A stretch of DNA of 64,000 nt from an uncultured Candidatus Saccharibacteria bacterium (GCA_964409615.1 CAYPDT010000001.1:142629-206628), one strand, 5' to 3'. Positions 43,574-53,194 are shown, counted from the stretch's first letter. A program made the numbers and translations. The notes: generated from the letters alone by a model not told the origin.

Positions 43574-44848
43574 ATGGAAACTCAAACCTACCACCCCGAA
43601 AGTGTTGTGCCTTATGGTCCACTACTCGAAGAAACCATGCTTAGCTCTGGCTTAGACTATTACAAACCCACCATGAGCCAAGTTCAATACGAGCAATACC
43701 CTGATGCCGAAGTAACCTTTACCTTCAAGAACCGTAACAACGAGAACCTGACTCAATATGTAGACCCATCTGCCCTGAATGACAGACTGGAAGCAATCCG
43801 GGAACGTGGTTGGTCTGAGACCGAGCTAGGCTACTTTGCCTCGCTACAAAATAGTAAGGGCGAACGAATGTTTAGTGATAGCTTCGTAAATTACTTACGC
43901 AACAACGAGCTCGCTCCTGTACAAGTGGGGGCCGACCCCGAAACCAACGACCTAGCTATCACTACTACCGGCGAAGCACCTGTGGTAACTTTCTGGGAAA
44001 CAGTAGTCATGAGCGAGGTAAACGAGCTGTACTTCGAGTCCGTCGTCCAGCAAGAGGGCCTAGACTTATTTGCTGTTTACGAAGAGGGCGACCGCCGCTT
44101 ACAAGAGAAGATAGCAATACTGCAAGCCAACCCAGACATACACTTCTCTGACTTTGGTACCCGTCGTCATTTCAGCCGACGCTGGCAATCGTATGTTTTG
44201 GACCAGCTGCGCGAGAAATGCCCTGATAACTTTATGGGCACCTCTAATGTCGGTTTCGCCATAACCAAAGACGTGAAGGCAATCGGCACCTTCGCTCACG
44301 AAATGCCTATGGTCTATGCCGGGTTGGCTGATGCAACTGGTCACAGTATCCGAGACTCACACAACCGGATGTTGCAAGACTGGTATGGTCAGTACGACCA
44401 AGATTTGTCGATAGCTCTGACCGACACCTTTGGGAGCGATTTCTTCTTCGAAGACTTTACCGCCGAACAAGCTCAGCAGTGGCGCGGCTTGCGGCACGAC
44501 TCGGGCGACCCCTTTGAGTTTGGCGAAAAAGCGTTGGCTTTTTATGAAGCAAACAATGTTGACCCAACAACTAAAACAATAGTTTTTAGCGATGGGCTCG
44601 ATATGCAAACCATAGTCGAACTGCACAACTACTTCAAAGGCCGCGTGAATGTTGTCTTTGGCTGGGGTACTACACTTACCAACGACCTAGGCTTGCCAGC
44701 CCTCAACATAGTAATGAAGGCTACGCATGTGAAGACTTTTGCTGGTGACGAAGCTGACCTGGTAAAACTGAGCGATAACGTGGGCAAGCACACTGGACCA
44801 CAAGCCAAGGTTGACCAATATGAGCAAGAATTTGCAGTAGCGCGATAG
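43574..44848 (+). CDS. pncB: Nicotinate phosphoribosyltransferase
   Basis: DYYKPTMSQV, FSDFGTRR, GTSNV and RHDSGDP are type II PRTase (PncB) signatures. TTG 43556 is an alternative start. Confidence 0.85.
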   Translation: METQTYHPESVVPYGPLLEETMLSSGLDYYKPTMSQVQYEQYPDAEVTFTFKNRNNENLTQYVDPSALNDRLEAIRERGWSETELGYFASLQNSKGERMFSDSFVNYLRNNELAPVQVGADPETNDLAITTTGEAPVVTFWETVVMSEVNELYFESVVQQEGLDLFAVYEEGDRRLQEKIAILQANPDIHFSDFGTRRHFSRRWQSYVLDQLREKCPDNFMGTSNVGFAITKDVKAIGTFAHEMPMVYAGLADATGHSIRDSHNRMLQDWYGQYDQDLSIALTDTFGSDFFFEDFTAEQAQQWRGLRHDSGDPFEFGEKALAFYEANNVDPTTKTIVFSDGLDMQTIVELHNYFKGRVNVVFGWGTTLTNDLGLPALNIVMKATHVKTFAGDEADLVKLSDNVGKHTGPQAKVDQYEQEFAVAR

Positions 44849-44920
44849 ACACACGGACCAACACGAAAACAAACTTCGACATCGATTTGTCATTTAGAAA
44901 AATATATAATAGGAGTAATA

Positions 44921-45712
44921 ATGAGTATCGAAATATCACCTCCAGAGGTACTGGAGAAATTTAAAGAGCTGTCACTAGAACAAATGGAGCAAATCTTTCC
45001 ATTCGAAACCCAGCCCGGCTACCCTACCGAACGATTCTTTAGTGATCAACCAGTCGTAGATATACCGGATGGCCCGTGGCAAACTCAGCAACTAGATATG
45101 CCTACCGCCGAAGAAACTCAGGCTTTCATGCGAATGGGGCTGCGGGTTGATAGTATCGGGCGGCCACTGCATCCATGGCTAGACCAGATGGTGACAAACC
45201 GTAATATTGGTGTAGTTGCCGGAAAAGGCAGCTACTGGAACTGGGGCGGCCTATCAACCGACCCCGATAATAATAAGCGAGGCAACGAAACCGCCGACCC
45301 CATTATTATCCGGCATGATCTAGCTGAGCCGCACATTCTACTTATTCGCCGTGGAGATAATAATCAGCTGGCTCTACCTGGCGGTTTTCATGACCCGGGC
45401 GAATCATTAGAAAACGCTGCTGCGCGCGAAGCCGATGAAGAAGCATTTGTACCAGTTGGAGATAGGGCAAAAGTTCAGCGAGTCTATGATGGACCAGTTG
45501 CCGACTTGCGAATCACCGCCCATGCCTGGCCACATACCCACGCAACTCGCTTTGATATGCAGAAATCTCAAAGTCGTAACTTACCAATTGGCCCATACAA
45601 AGGTGGTGACGATGCAAAAGAAGCAATGTGGCTTACAATACCCCAGGTCAATCAGCACCTTCGTGGCTCCCATCTAATCCTGGTTCGGATGGCCCTGGAA
45701 ATGTATGGCTAG
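44921..45712 (+). CDS. Nudix hydrolase, NUDT9-like ADP-ribose pyrophosphatase
   Basis: GRPLHPW...ETADPIIIRH pre-Nudix region as in NUDT9-type enzymes. Intact box GGFHDPGESLENAAAREADEEAF. Confidence 0.65.
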   Translation: MSIEISPPEVLEKFKELSLEQMEQIFPFETQPGYPTERFFSDQPVVDIPDGPWQTQQLDMPTAEETQAFMRMGLRVDSIGRPLHPWLDQMVTNRNIGVVAGKGSYWNWGGLSTDPDNNKRGNETADPIIIRHDLAEPHILLIRRGDNNQLALPGGFHDPGESLENAAAREADEEAFVPVGDRAKVQRVYDGPVADLRITAHAWPHTHATRFDMQKSQSRNLPIGPYKGGDDAKEAMWLTIPQVNQHLRGSHLILVRMALEMYG

Positions 45713-46634
45713 TATGAGTGTGCCGGAATTTGTACCCAACCAACCAGGAGTCAGCCCTGCGATTGGGGGCCATATGCTGTACCACAAACACATAGAAATC
45801 ACCCCAGAGGGTGTGCCCATTTTCGTCAAAGCTTTTGACCCTAATTTACTTACAATGCCAGAAAAAGGTCCAGGCATGCAAGCTGAGCTTGCGCACGAGG
45901 CCAGAATGTATCAGTACTTGCATGATCAGGCATTCGACCGTATGCCCGAAGACTTTTCATACGCCGATGATACTCTACGTATCCGTGCATACTTACCCGA
46001 AGATGGTTGGCAGTGGGACGTGCCTAGCGACCTAGCCACAGCTAGTACTTACGCAAGCGAAGTTCTTGACACTCTGGATGGCCTACAATCTATTCCGCCG
46101 CTCTCAACGCCCCACCCGTCTACTACATCTCTGTTCGTAGAAAAGGGCTGGCCCTTACTGCGTAAACCCGAGCATCAGGCGTTGGTCGCAAGTAAAATAG
46201 ATGCGTTTGCCCCTTTTCTGCACACTCAAAGTGCTGAAGGTGCCGAAGCATTACAACGAGTTTTGCATACTGGCGTAGAAACATTAGCTAACCTAGCACT
46301 TACTGCAGCCCAGCAAGAACACACCCAACTGGGGCATTTCGACGCGCGCCCCAGCAATATTGCCTGGCACCCCACAGAGGGTGTTCGAATAATTGACTGG
46401 AGCTGGGCGTCTAACACGTCACCACATAGCGACAGTACTATGTTCTTGATAGATGTGCACAAGGCTGATTTCGAAACTCGTAATCTACCAAGTTTTGAAG
46501 TTGATTTTAACAGAGGCCATGCTGCACTGTTCATTGGCTACTGGTTAGCCCGCTGCGTCATGCCGGCGCCCGACCAAACAGTTCGGTTTCACCAGTTTGC
46601 CTCTGCGGCAACAGCTATGACTTTGCTGGGCTAG
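45705..46634 (+). CDS. Protein-kinase/aminoglycoside-phosphotransferase-fold protein, substrate unknown
   Basis: Catalytic loop GHFDARPSNIAW (HxDxxxxN) and IIDWSWAS (DFG-equivalent). 8-nt overlap with the Nudix gene. Confidence 0.55.
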   Translation: MASMSVPEFVPNQPGVSPAIGGHMLYHKHIEITPEGVPIFVKAFDPNLLTMPEKGPGMQAELAHEARMYQYLHDQAFDRMPEDFSYADDTLRIRAYLPEDGWQWDVPSDLATASTYASEVLDTLDGLQSIPPLSTPHPSTTSLFVEKGWPLLRKPEHQALVASKIDAFAPFLHTQSAEGAEALQRVLHTGVETLANLALTAAQQEHTQLGHFDARPSNIAWHPTEGVRIIDWSWASNTSPHSDSTMFLIDVHKADFETRNLPSFEVDFNRGHAALFIGYWLARCVMPAPDQTVRFHQFASAATAMTLLG

Positions 46635-48084
46635 TTTTTGCTGATTTGGCGGTAGTGTCGTGTCGTGGGAAGAGAGTACCTTCGATTGGTCGAACAATAC
46701 CTTCTTCGAAAACATGCTTAATGCGGGCTGCAGTATCAGGCATGAAAGGTTCGAGGAGGTCAGCAATCTGAATTAGGTTGCTTGCCTGGTATGCCAGCAC
46801 CTCTTGCAGATGCTCTTCATCACCTTCTTTGGCGATGGACCACGGCTTTTGCTCTTCGATATACTGGTTGATTCCTCGCACTTGTTCCCACACGAGGTCG
46901 AGTGCTCGGTCGAATCGGCAAGCTTCGACAGCTTCCCAATACTGAGTACGGTCGTGATTAGCATCGGGAATTTCACCAATAATGCCTTTTTGATACTTGA
47001 TAATCATGGCTGCGGTGCGCTGTACAGCATTACCAAGCTCGTTTCCGAGTTCATTGTTATAGGCTTTTTCGAGTAAGTCCCAAGAAAAATCACCATCATC
47101 GTAGCTTGGGATGTGGCGAAGTACATAATAGCGGAAGACGTCAGTGCTGTACTTCTTTATAATTTCTTGTGGGCTAACCACGTTACCAAGACTCTTGCTC
47201 ATCTTCTTGTTATCAATATTGATAAAGCCGTGCACGAATAGCTTTTCTGGCAATGGCAAGCCAAGCGCTAACAACATGCCGGGCCAAATGGCAGCATGGA
47301 AGCGAATAATATCTTTACCTACCACTTGTACGTTTGCTGGCCAGAATTTCTTGTAGTCTTCGTGCTCTGGATATCCAAGTACCGTTAGGTAATTCATGAG
47401 CGCCTCGAACCAGACGTACATAACTTGAGTTTTGTCGCCAGGGACCGGAATTCCCCATGATATTTTTTGAGCGGGGCGAGAAATACTAATATCGTCTAGG
47501 CCCTCTACAATCACCGAAAGAATTTCATTGCGGCGAGTATTAGGAATTACCTCGAAGGTGCCAGCTTGGATTGCGGCACGAATTTGGTCGGAATATGCAG
47601 AAAGCTTGAAGAAATAATTCTCTTCCTCAACTCGTTCGTATGGTTTGTTGTGATGTGGGCAAACATTGTTATTTTCTTTGGCAACTGCTTCGGTGACAAA
47701 TGCTTCGCAACCAGTACAGTACAGGCCAATATATTTGCTTTTGTAAATATCTTTTTGGAGTTGTTTCCAAATAATCTGTGCTCGTTGCTCGTGCCCGGCA
47801 TCGGTTGTGCGAATAAACCGGTCGTTAGTAATATTCAGCAATTTGCCTAAATCTCGGAATTTTTGACTTTGCTGATCAGCTAAAGCTTTGGGGGTTAGCT
47901 TGAGCTCAGCAGCTTTTTCGGCAATCTTGCTACCATGCTCATCCGAGCCGGTTGAGAAGATGACTGGCTTGCCTTGCTTACGAGCGGCACGTGCCAGCAC
48001 GTCTGCCATAACAAATTCAAGAGCGTGGCCGATATGCGGGTCGCCGTTAACATAAGGGATAGATGTGGTCACATAATAGTTCAT
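46615..48084 (-). CDS. metG: Methionine--tRNA ligase, short form (489 aa)
   Basis: HIGH motif PHIGHALE, KMSKS motif present, and a zinc knuckle CTGCEAF...CPHH. No C-terminal tRNA-binding domain. Confidence 0.95.
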   Translation of the reverse strand: MNYYVTTSIPYVNGDPHIGHALEFVMADVLARAARKQGKPVIFSTGSDEHGSKIAEKAAELKLTPKALADQQSQKFRDLGKLLNITNDRFIRTTDAGHEQRAQIIWKQLQKDIYKSKYIGLYCTGCEAFVTEAVAKENNNVCPHHNKPYERVEEENYFFKLSAYSDQIRAAIQAGTFEVIPNTRRNEILSVIVEGLDDISISRPAQKISWGIPVPGDKTQVMYVWFEALMNYLTVLGYPEHEDYKKFWPANVQVVGKDIIRFHAAIWPGMLLALGLPLPEKLFVHGFINIDNKKMSKSLGNVVSPQEIIKKYSTDVFRYYVLRHIPSYDDGDFSWDLLEKAYNNELGNELGNAVQRTAAMIIKYQKGIIGEIPDANHDRTQYWEAVEACRFDRALDLVWEQVRGINQYIEEQKPWSIAKEGDEEHLQEVLAYQASNLIQIADLLEPFMPDTAARIKHVFEEGIVRPIEGTLFPRHDTTAKSAKTSPAKS

Positions 48085-48233
48085 ATGTATATTGTACCTT
48101 TGTAGCTAGGTTATTAATAGATGAGAGGGGTATGTAAAATAGTCTGCCCTAGGGCATGTTGCAATACATGCTGTGGTGCATGTTCAAAACTGATGTAGGT
48201 GTTTTGTAACAGACTGTAATACTCATTACAAAT

Positions 48234-48242
48234 ATTATACCA
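48234..48242 (-). promoter_or_regulatory. Extended -10 element TGgTATAAT upstream of metG
   Basis: Minus strand 48242->48234, 8 nt after the PRTase stop codon. It would give a leader of about 140 nt. Confidence 0.4.
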
Positions 48243-48249
48243 CTGTTTT

Positions 48250-48906
48250 TTACTTGTAGCGAACCAGTTCCAGGCCCTGCATACATAACCCCACCTCGTT
48301 GCACTGGGATGGTGTAAAGTTTGGCAAGACCTCTTCAATCAAACCATAAGCCGGCACGCCGAGTTCGTCTAAGTATGGTAGTTGGTCGCTACGAATCCAG
48401 TCGTAGGTGGCAAAAATATCATCAAAACCTATATTCAGCAGGTCTGGCACCGGTTGGGCTGTCGAACTTCCAGTAGTCCCGACATCATCATCCAGTACCA
48501 CCGTATCAATAGACTGCGAACCGAGTGTATGGTGTGATTCGGAGGTTAATTCAACAATCTTCTGCTGGCCTTCTATTCGTTTTGTGGTCATCAACGGCGT
48601 GACCGAAAGATACGGATATCGGAACTGCATATAGCGGCTAAGGTCTACGGCATGCTGAGTTGCACCATTGGCAATACCGACAATACCAATTCGGTCATTA
48701 CGCGCGATATCGTGAATTAATTGCCCTTTTAAGACCAACCCCAGTAGATAGGTGGGGCTCCGACGGCGTTGGTAGACTCGGTCGAAATCAAGTTTTTCTC
48801 CGTGTAGTCCGCTGACGAATTCGTGATGAATGCCATCATCCCTGACCCCGGCATGTAATACTGCTCGGCGATATACTCGACGGGGGTCGGGACGTTCTAT
48901 AAACAT
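48250..48906 (-). CDS. Type I phosphoribosyltransferase (orotate-PRTase-like)
   Basis: PRPP motif TVVLDDDVGTTGSS. N-terminal HHEFVSGLHGEKLDFD resembles the OPRT F.L.SG..S..Y.D loop. Confidence 0.5.
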   Translation of the reverse strand: MFIERPDPRRVYRRAVLHAGVRDDGIHHEFVSGLHGEKLDFDRVYQRRRSPTYLLGLVLKGQLIHDIARNDRIGIVGIANGATQHAVDLSRYMQFRYPYLSVTPLMTTKRIEGQQKIVELTSESHHTLGSQSIDTVVLDDDVGTTGSSTAQPVPDLLNIGFDDIFATYDWIRSDQLPYLDELGVPAYGLIEEVLPNFTPSQCNEVGLCMQGLELVRYK

Positions 48907-48953
48907 TAAGCCTATTGTATCGCAGCCGCGCGGTCACTGCTACAATAGCCAGC

Positions 48954-50198
48954 TTAAAATGGTCGGCTGAAATCAAGACGCTGAGTTGTACTACTTGGTT
49001 TTGTAACCGTCCGCGCACCTGTATATTCATTAGGGATTGGCAGTAGTTTTGTGCCATTACCTAATCGCCCCCACTCACAATTGCGCCCAATCTTAACACA
49101 ATTATCTATAAATGTTTGCATAATAGTAGGTTGCCATGCCCCAAACCAGTCGGCATGCGTAGTGGTGCCACCTGGCAACGAACCATTCATTTTATCCGAT
49201 GTAAGATACCATCCAGCGGTATTAGTGTCGAGGCCACCCCAAACAATGTTGTAGGTTACTTCAGGTAATACAACTGGGTGCGATGGTGGACAGTTATGAT
49301 TATTGTCTGGGTGAGCCATATGACTTATGTGGTCATTATTTGAAAAAGCTCCCGTTGTGGTATCCAGGTTCTGCCCGTCCCAGCACTGTTCAAATCGTAA
49401 GAACATCTGCAGACCATCACCGGGTTGGCATGTAGGAATAAGGGCTAACTGATCGGAACTTCGTGATAGACAATTCCAATGAATATATTCCGTAGATTGG
49501 GCACTAGTTGCCTTTGAGTTACCTGTCACCATGCGCAGCCCCTCGGGCATTTTTTGTACTAAAGTTTTATCAGCTCCATTTGTTTTGTAATACACATTAA
49601 TTATCGAGGGCACTCGTACATTACCCGATATGTCCATCATTGCAGGGATCCAGTAGGCGCTACGGTTGAGCGGACCGCCCGAACAGGTGCCATCACCAGT
49701 AAGCTTGAGGCTGTTGAAGTTACTTTTATAATCAGCGCCAATATTTCCAAAGAACATATGCAAATGTGCTGCGCCTTGCTGATTACGGTACACGATTGGA
49801 TCATCGTAACTGAGGTGGGACGGGAAGCAGAGAACACGAAAATTTCCGACCGGAGAGCCATTGTATAAGTCGGTATTAAGCCCGGGGATTTCCGCCGCGT
49901 TTGTCCAGGTGGCGATAGGTACTCCGGTGTCGATGCGAGTATCTATTGTAGGCTCAGAAGTGCAGCTATTGACACCGAAACGCAGCATCCAGCCACCAGA
50001 TGCGGTGTTGTCTTGAACTTTCATGTTTGGGCATGATGTCACTCCCTGTTCTACTTCAACTGAAGAAACGGGTGTGGCAGCCCCAACAGAAAATAGCAAA
50101 TATACGCCGATTGCCATAAAAATAACAATAGTGAATATGCTACCAAGATTGGATTGCCCGATTTTTTTTATACGACGACTAGGCCTTTTGTGCTTCAT
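48954..50198 (-). CDS. Secreted/anchored DUF1996-family protein, paralog 1
   Basis: N-terminal KR-rich region plus TM. YDDPIVYRNQQGAAHLHMFFGN is typical of DUF1996. Multiple conserved Cys. Paralog of 60400-61686. Confidence 0.6.
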   Translation of the reverse strand: MKHKRPSRRIKKIGQSNLGSIFTIVIFMAIGVYLLFSVGAATPVSSVEVEQGVTSCPNMKVQDNTASGGWMLRFGVNSCTSEPTIDTRIDTGVPIATWTNAAEIPGLNTDLYNGSPVGNFRVLCFPSHLSYDDPIVYRNQQGAAHLHMFFGNIGADYKSNFNSLKLTGDGTCSGGPLNRSAYWIPAMMDISGNVRVPSIINVYYKTNGADKTLVQKMPEGLRMVTGNSKATSAQSTEYIHWNCLSRSSDQLALIPTCQPGDGLQMFLRFEQCWDGQNLDTTTGAFSNNDHISHMAHPDNNHNCPPSHPVVLPEVTYNIVWGGLDTNTAGWYLTSDKMNGSLPGGTTTHADWFGAWQPTIMQTFIDNCVKIGRNCEWGRLGNGTKLLPIPNEYTGARTVTKPSSTTQRLDFSRPF

Positions 50199-50408
50199 TC
50201 AAAGTGTTAGTTTTCTAACTATACACATAATACCGCGAAATGATCGACTGTCGCAATCTAAGCGCTAGCAAGATGCCATAAAGCACAGTACCGGCACTTG
50301 TACGTTTTTAGCTTAGTGCCGTGCTGCAAATCGGCAACTACAGATGCGGCTCTGGCTTGTTTTTGCGTATCAAAGGCCAATTTATCGGTGCAAGGTAATG
50401 TTGTCTGG

Positions 50409-50828
50409 TCAGTCATTATGACGAGACTTAGCCTCTTTTTGCATCACATCGCTAATTTCGATATTAAGTGAGCGGTTAGACAAAGCGGTTTCTGACAATG
50501 CCAGCAGAATACTAAAAATCATGGCAACCAAGGCTGCACCAAAACAAATCTTACCGGCATATTCGTGCATAGCGAAGAGCAAAAACATGGATGAACAGGC
50601 TAACAGCAGCGCAATCGAAGCGCAGCCGGTCATCATCCGAAAGATAGCCAGGCGACGCTGCATTATTTTGAGTTGCCTTGTTACATGCGCATGACGATAG
50701 CCCGTGTCGTAGTCTTTGACAAAGTTTCGAACCACTACAGCTGCCCCGAGATATCTGTTAATATAGCCCAGCATGAGAATTGCTATGGCGGGGAACAATA
50801 GTGCTGGTACGGTTAGTTCTAATTTCAT
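50409..50828 (-). CDS. DUF2721-like small membrane protein
   Basis: PALLFPAIAILMLGYINRYLGAAVVVRNF and three further TM helices. The family assignment is from memory of this N-terminal pattern. Confidence 0.5.
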   Translation of the reverse strand: MKLELTVPALLFPAIAILMLGYINRYLGAAVVVRNFVKDYDTGYRHAHVTRQLKIMQRRLAIFRMMTGCASIALLLACSSMFLLFAMHEYAGKICFGAALVAMIFSILLALSETALSNRSLNIEISDVMQKEAKSRHND

Positions 50829-50866
50829 ACCTTCAAGATATCATACTGCTTATGAAACAGGTATGC

Positions 50867-52132
50867 TTATTTGTCTAGTTGTAAGTCTTTGGTTAGTGCT
50901 ACAAAGACAGCATTGGTCCAGGCGAAACCAGTCTGACTGGGATATAGCCCCTCTACTGGGTGCTTTTGTGGCTTGACGACATTATATTTTTCTAGAAATA
51001 CACCATGTCGCTCGTACCATGCTAAGTTTGTAGCTATCCATTTACGAGCAATACGGTCGGCTTCTTGGTGATATCCATAATTCTTCAAGCCTTCAATCAC
51101 AATATAATGAAGTGGTGCCCAGCCATTAGGATATGCCCACTGGGCCTTTAGCGACCCGAAGATACTCATGTCTATAATCGAACGGCTGGTCGTTGTTAGC
51201 CCGCCAGAATGCTCAAACTTAGATAACTGCTTTACTAATTGTGCAGCTTGTTCCTTGCTGGCTATCCCAGCCCATAGCGGAAAGAAACCAGCCAGTGACC
51301 AAACATCACCTTGTTGCTTTTTGGCATAGTTGTAATCGAAGTAGAAGCCTTTTCGTTTATGCCACATGTACTTATTTATCTCGTGTTTGCGCTTACTTGC
51401 CTGGCCTTGCCAATACTTAACTTGTTTAGAATCTTTGACCTGCTCTGCTGCCCACGCAAAATCGGTTTCATATTTGTACAACAAACAATTTAAATCTATC
51501 GGCAAAAAATCTAAACATTTACGCTCAAACCTGGTTGTCATATCCCAACCACTTTCGGCCTCGGCAAGGTCGTGTAAGACATTAATGTCGTAGTAACGGC
51601 TTAAGCCATGGTGAACCTTGTGCCAAAATGGATGTGCTTCGCTTGTCCACACCCGCTCATATTCCTGCTGGGCCGCTGCCATTCGGTCTTGCAACCACTT
51701 AATGTCTTTGTTGCCGGTTGTATAGATAAGACGAATGTAACTCGACAATAGCGGTGGCTGCGACCGACTCATAAAATACATACGACTGGCGTTAGGAATA
51801 AAATGGAAGCGTTTAAATATATGTATCAGGTTTTCGAGCATTCCTTCGGCTAATTGCTGATGCTTGTCGGCTAAGCCTAGGGCCGTAAAGTAGCTATCCC
51901 AGTAGTACTGTTCCCGGAAGGTGAATTTAGCCCTGGGGTCAGCAGCCGGAACAACGTATGGATGCGGTAGGCCAATTATTGTACCGTGATCTTGCTTTTC
52001 GTCATGAATTAACAACTCCCAATGCTTGTCAATGTACTGTAGAGCATCGGCAATATGAGCAGTGTCGATAGTTCCCTCTTTTTTCAGAACACGCCGAAGC
52101 AATTTTTTAGCAAGGTTTTTGTCTTGTGTCAT
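50867..52132 (-). CDS. Trehalase (glycoside hydrolase family 37)
   Basis: Signature 1-like FREQYYWDSYF, then RSQPPLLS, then signature 2-like QWAYPNGWAPLH. Confidence 0.85.
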   Translation of the reverse strand: MTQDKNLAKKLLRRVLKKEGTIDTAHIADALQYIDKHWELLIHDEKQDHGTIIGLPHPYVVPAADPRAKFTFREQYYWDSYFTALGLADKHQQLAEGMLENLIHIFKRFHFIPNASRMYFMSRSQPPLLSSYIRLIYTTGNKDIKWLQDRMAAAQQEYERVWTSEAHPFWHKVHHGLSRYYDINVLHDLAEAESGWDMTTRFERKCLDFLPIDLNCLLYKYETDFAWAAEQVKDSKQVKYWQGQASKRKHEINKYMWHKRKGFYFDYNYAKKQQGDVWSLAGFFPLWAGIASKEQAAQLVKQLSKFEHSGGLTTTSRSIIDMSIFGSLKAQWAYPNGWAPLHYIVIEGLKNYGYHQEADRIARKWIATNLAWYERHGVFLEKYNVVKPQKHPVEGLYPSQTGFAWTNAVFVALTKDLQLDK

Positions 52133-52199
52133 ACACCTTATGCTAGGCCAGTCACCACCGCATGGTCAAGCGCATCACACCAAAGTACTACACTATTGG

Positions 52200-52427
52200 C
52201 TACAGATCTATGATTTTAGCAGATTTAGTCTTGCTGCTTATTTTGGGAGCTTGTGGCAAGACTAAGGCTAGAATGAGATACGGCAAGAATCCGGGCAAGC
52301 CACCGGGCAAAAATAAAATGATAAAAATTATCCGGGGTATAACTGGGTCAATGTCGAAGTACTCTGCGATGCCTCCACACACTCCAGCAATACGTTTATC
52401 GGTAGTCGAGCGATACAGTCGTTTCAT
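52200..52427 (-). CDS. PspC-domain membrane protein
   Basis: MKRLYRSTTDKRIAGVCGGIAEYFDIDPVIPRIIF. Start set to ATG 52427. Confidence 0.75.
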   Translation of the reverse strand: MKRLYRSTTDKRIAGVCGGIAEYFDIDPVIPRIIFIILFLPGGLPGFLPYLILALVLPQAPKISSKTKSAKIIDL

Positions 52428-52540
52428 GCTTAAAGTATAGCGCACCCGTAAAAGTAACGACAAATAGGCTATTGCGCAGTAGCAACGAAAGTACTACGCT
52501 AGATATTAATTTAGATTCTAATTGAAACGAGGTTAAACCA

Positions 52541-53194
52541 ATGGCATCCCCTGACGCACTTCCCGGCATTATTAATATAGAACGACCGTTATCTGAACAC
52601 CCCCGCTTAGTTGGATTGCACATAACTGACCCAACTGCGTTAGCCGATACGCTTGAAGTACTCGGTGTTCCTACAAATGAGGTTCCCGAATGGACAATAT
52701 ACTCGGGCAACCCTGGCCAAGACATAACAGAACAACCAAAAACAATAGTATTATCGCCGCATGACGTAGACCATCAAATGCACATGAGAGCCGGCTATGG
52801 CGGCACCCCCGAACAACGCAGGAAATATACCGGCGCATTCGAGGAGTCTGCGGCTAGGGTCATCTTAAAAACATTGGTCCGTAACGTATTATCTGAGACA
52901 GGTGATATGCCTGCACCAGTGCGTAAATCGAGAGTCATAAAAAATGCAGCTTTTGTAAGTGGGTTGGTTGGTACCACAACAGCTATGCGTTATGGATTGC
53001 ATTTTGAGCCAGAAGACTTTGGAGAGATCTATCTTGGATCATTAGCCGGCGGAGCGACACTTCGTGCAGTCGCAAGTTACGCGACATCCGAAGCTCGTTT
53101 CTTAAGACGAAAAGTTCGCGAAATTACTAAAGAAAAGCCCGCCTTAGTAACGCGAATCGGCCGCTCTGTCTTACCTACCTACGAACGCACCTAG
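52541..53194 (+). CDS. Hypothetical membrane protein (217 aa)
   Basis: Soluble N-domain, then two Gly/Ala-rich hydrophobic segments and a basic tail. The architecture resembles 8741-9574 but lacks HExxH. Confidence 0.5.
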   Translation: MASPDALPGIINIERPLSEHPRLVGLHITDPTALADTLEVLGVPTNEVPEWTIYSGNPGQDITEQPKTIVLSPHDVDHQMHMRAGYGGTPEQRRKYTGAFEESAARVILKTLVRNVLSETGDMPAPVRKSRVIKNAAFVSGLVGTTTAMRYGLHFEPEDFGEIYLGSLAGGATLRAVASYATSEARFLRRKVREITKEKPALVTRIGRSVLPTYERT

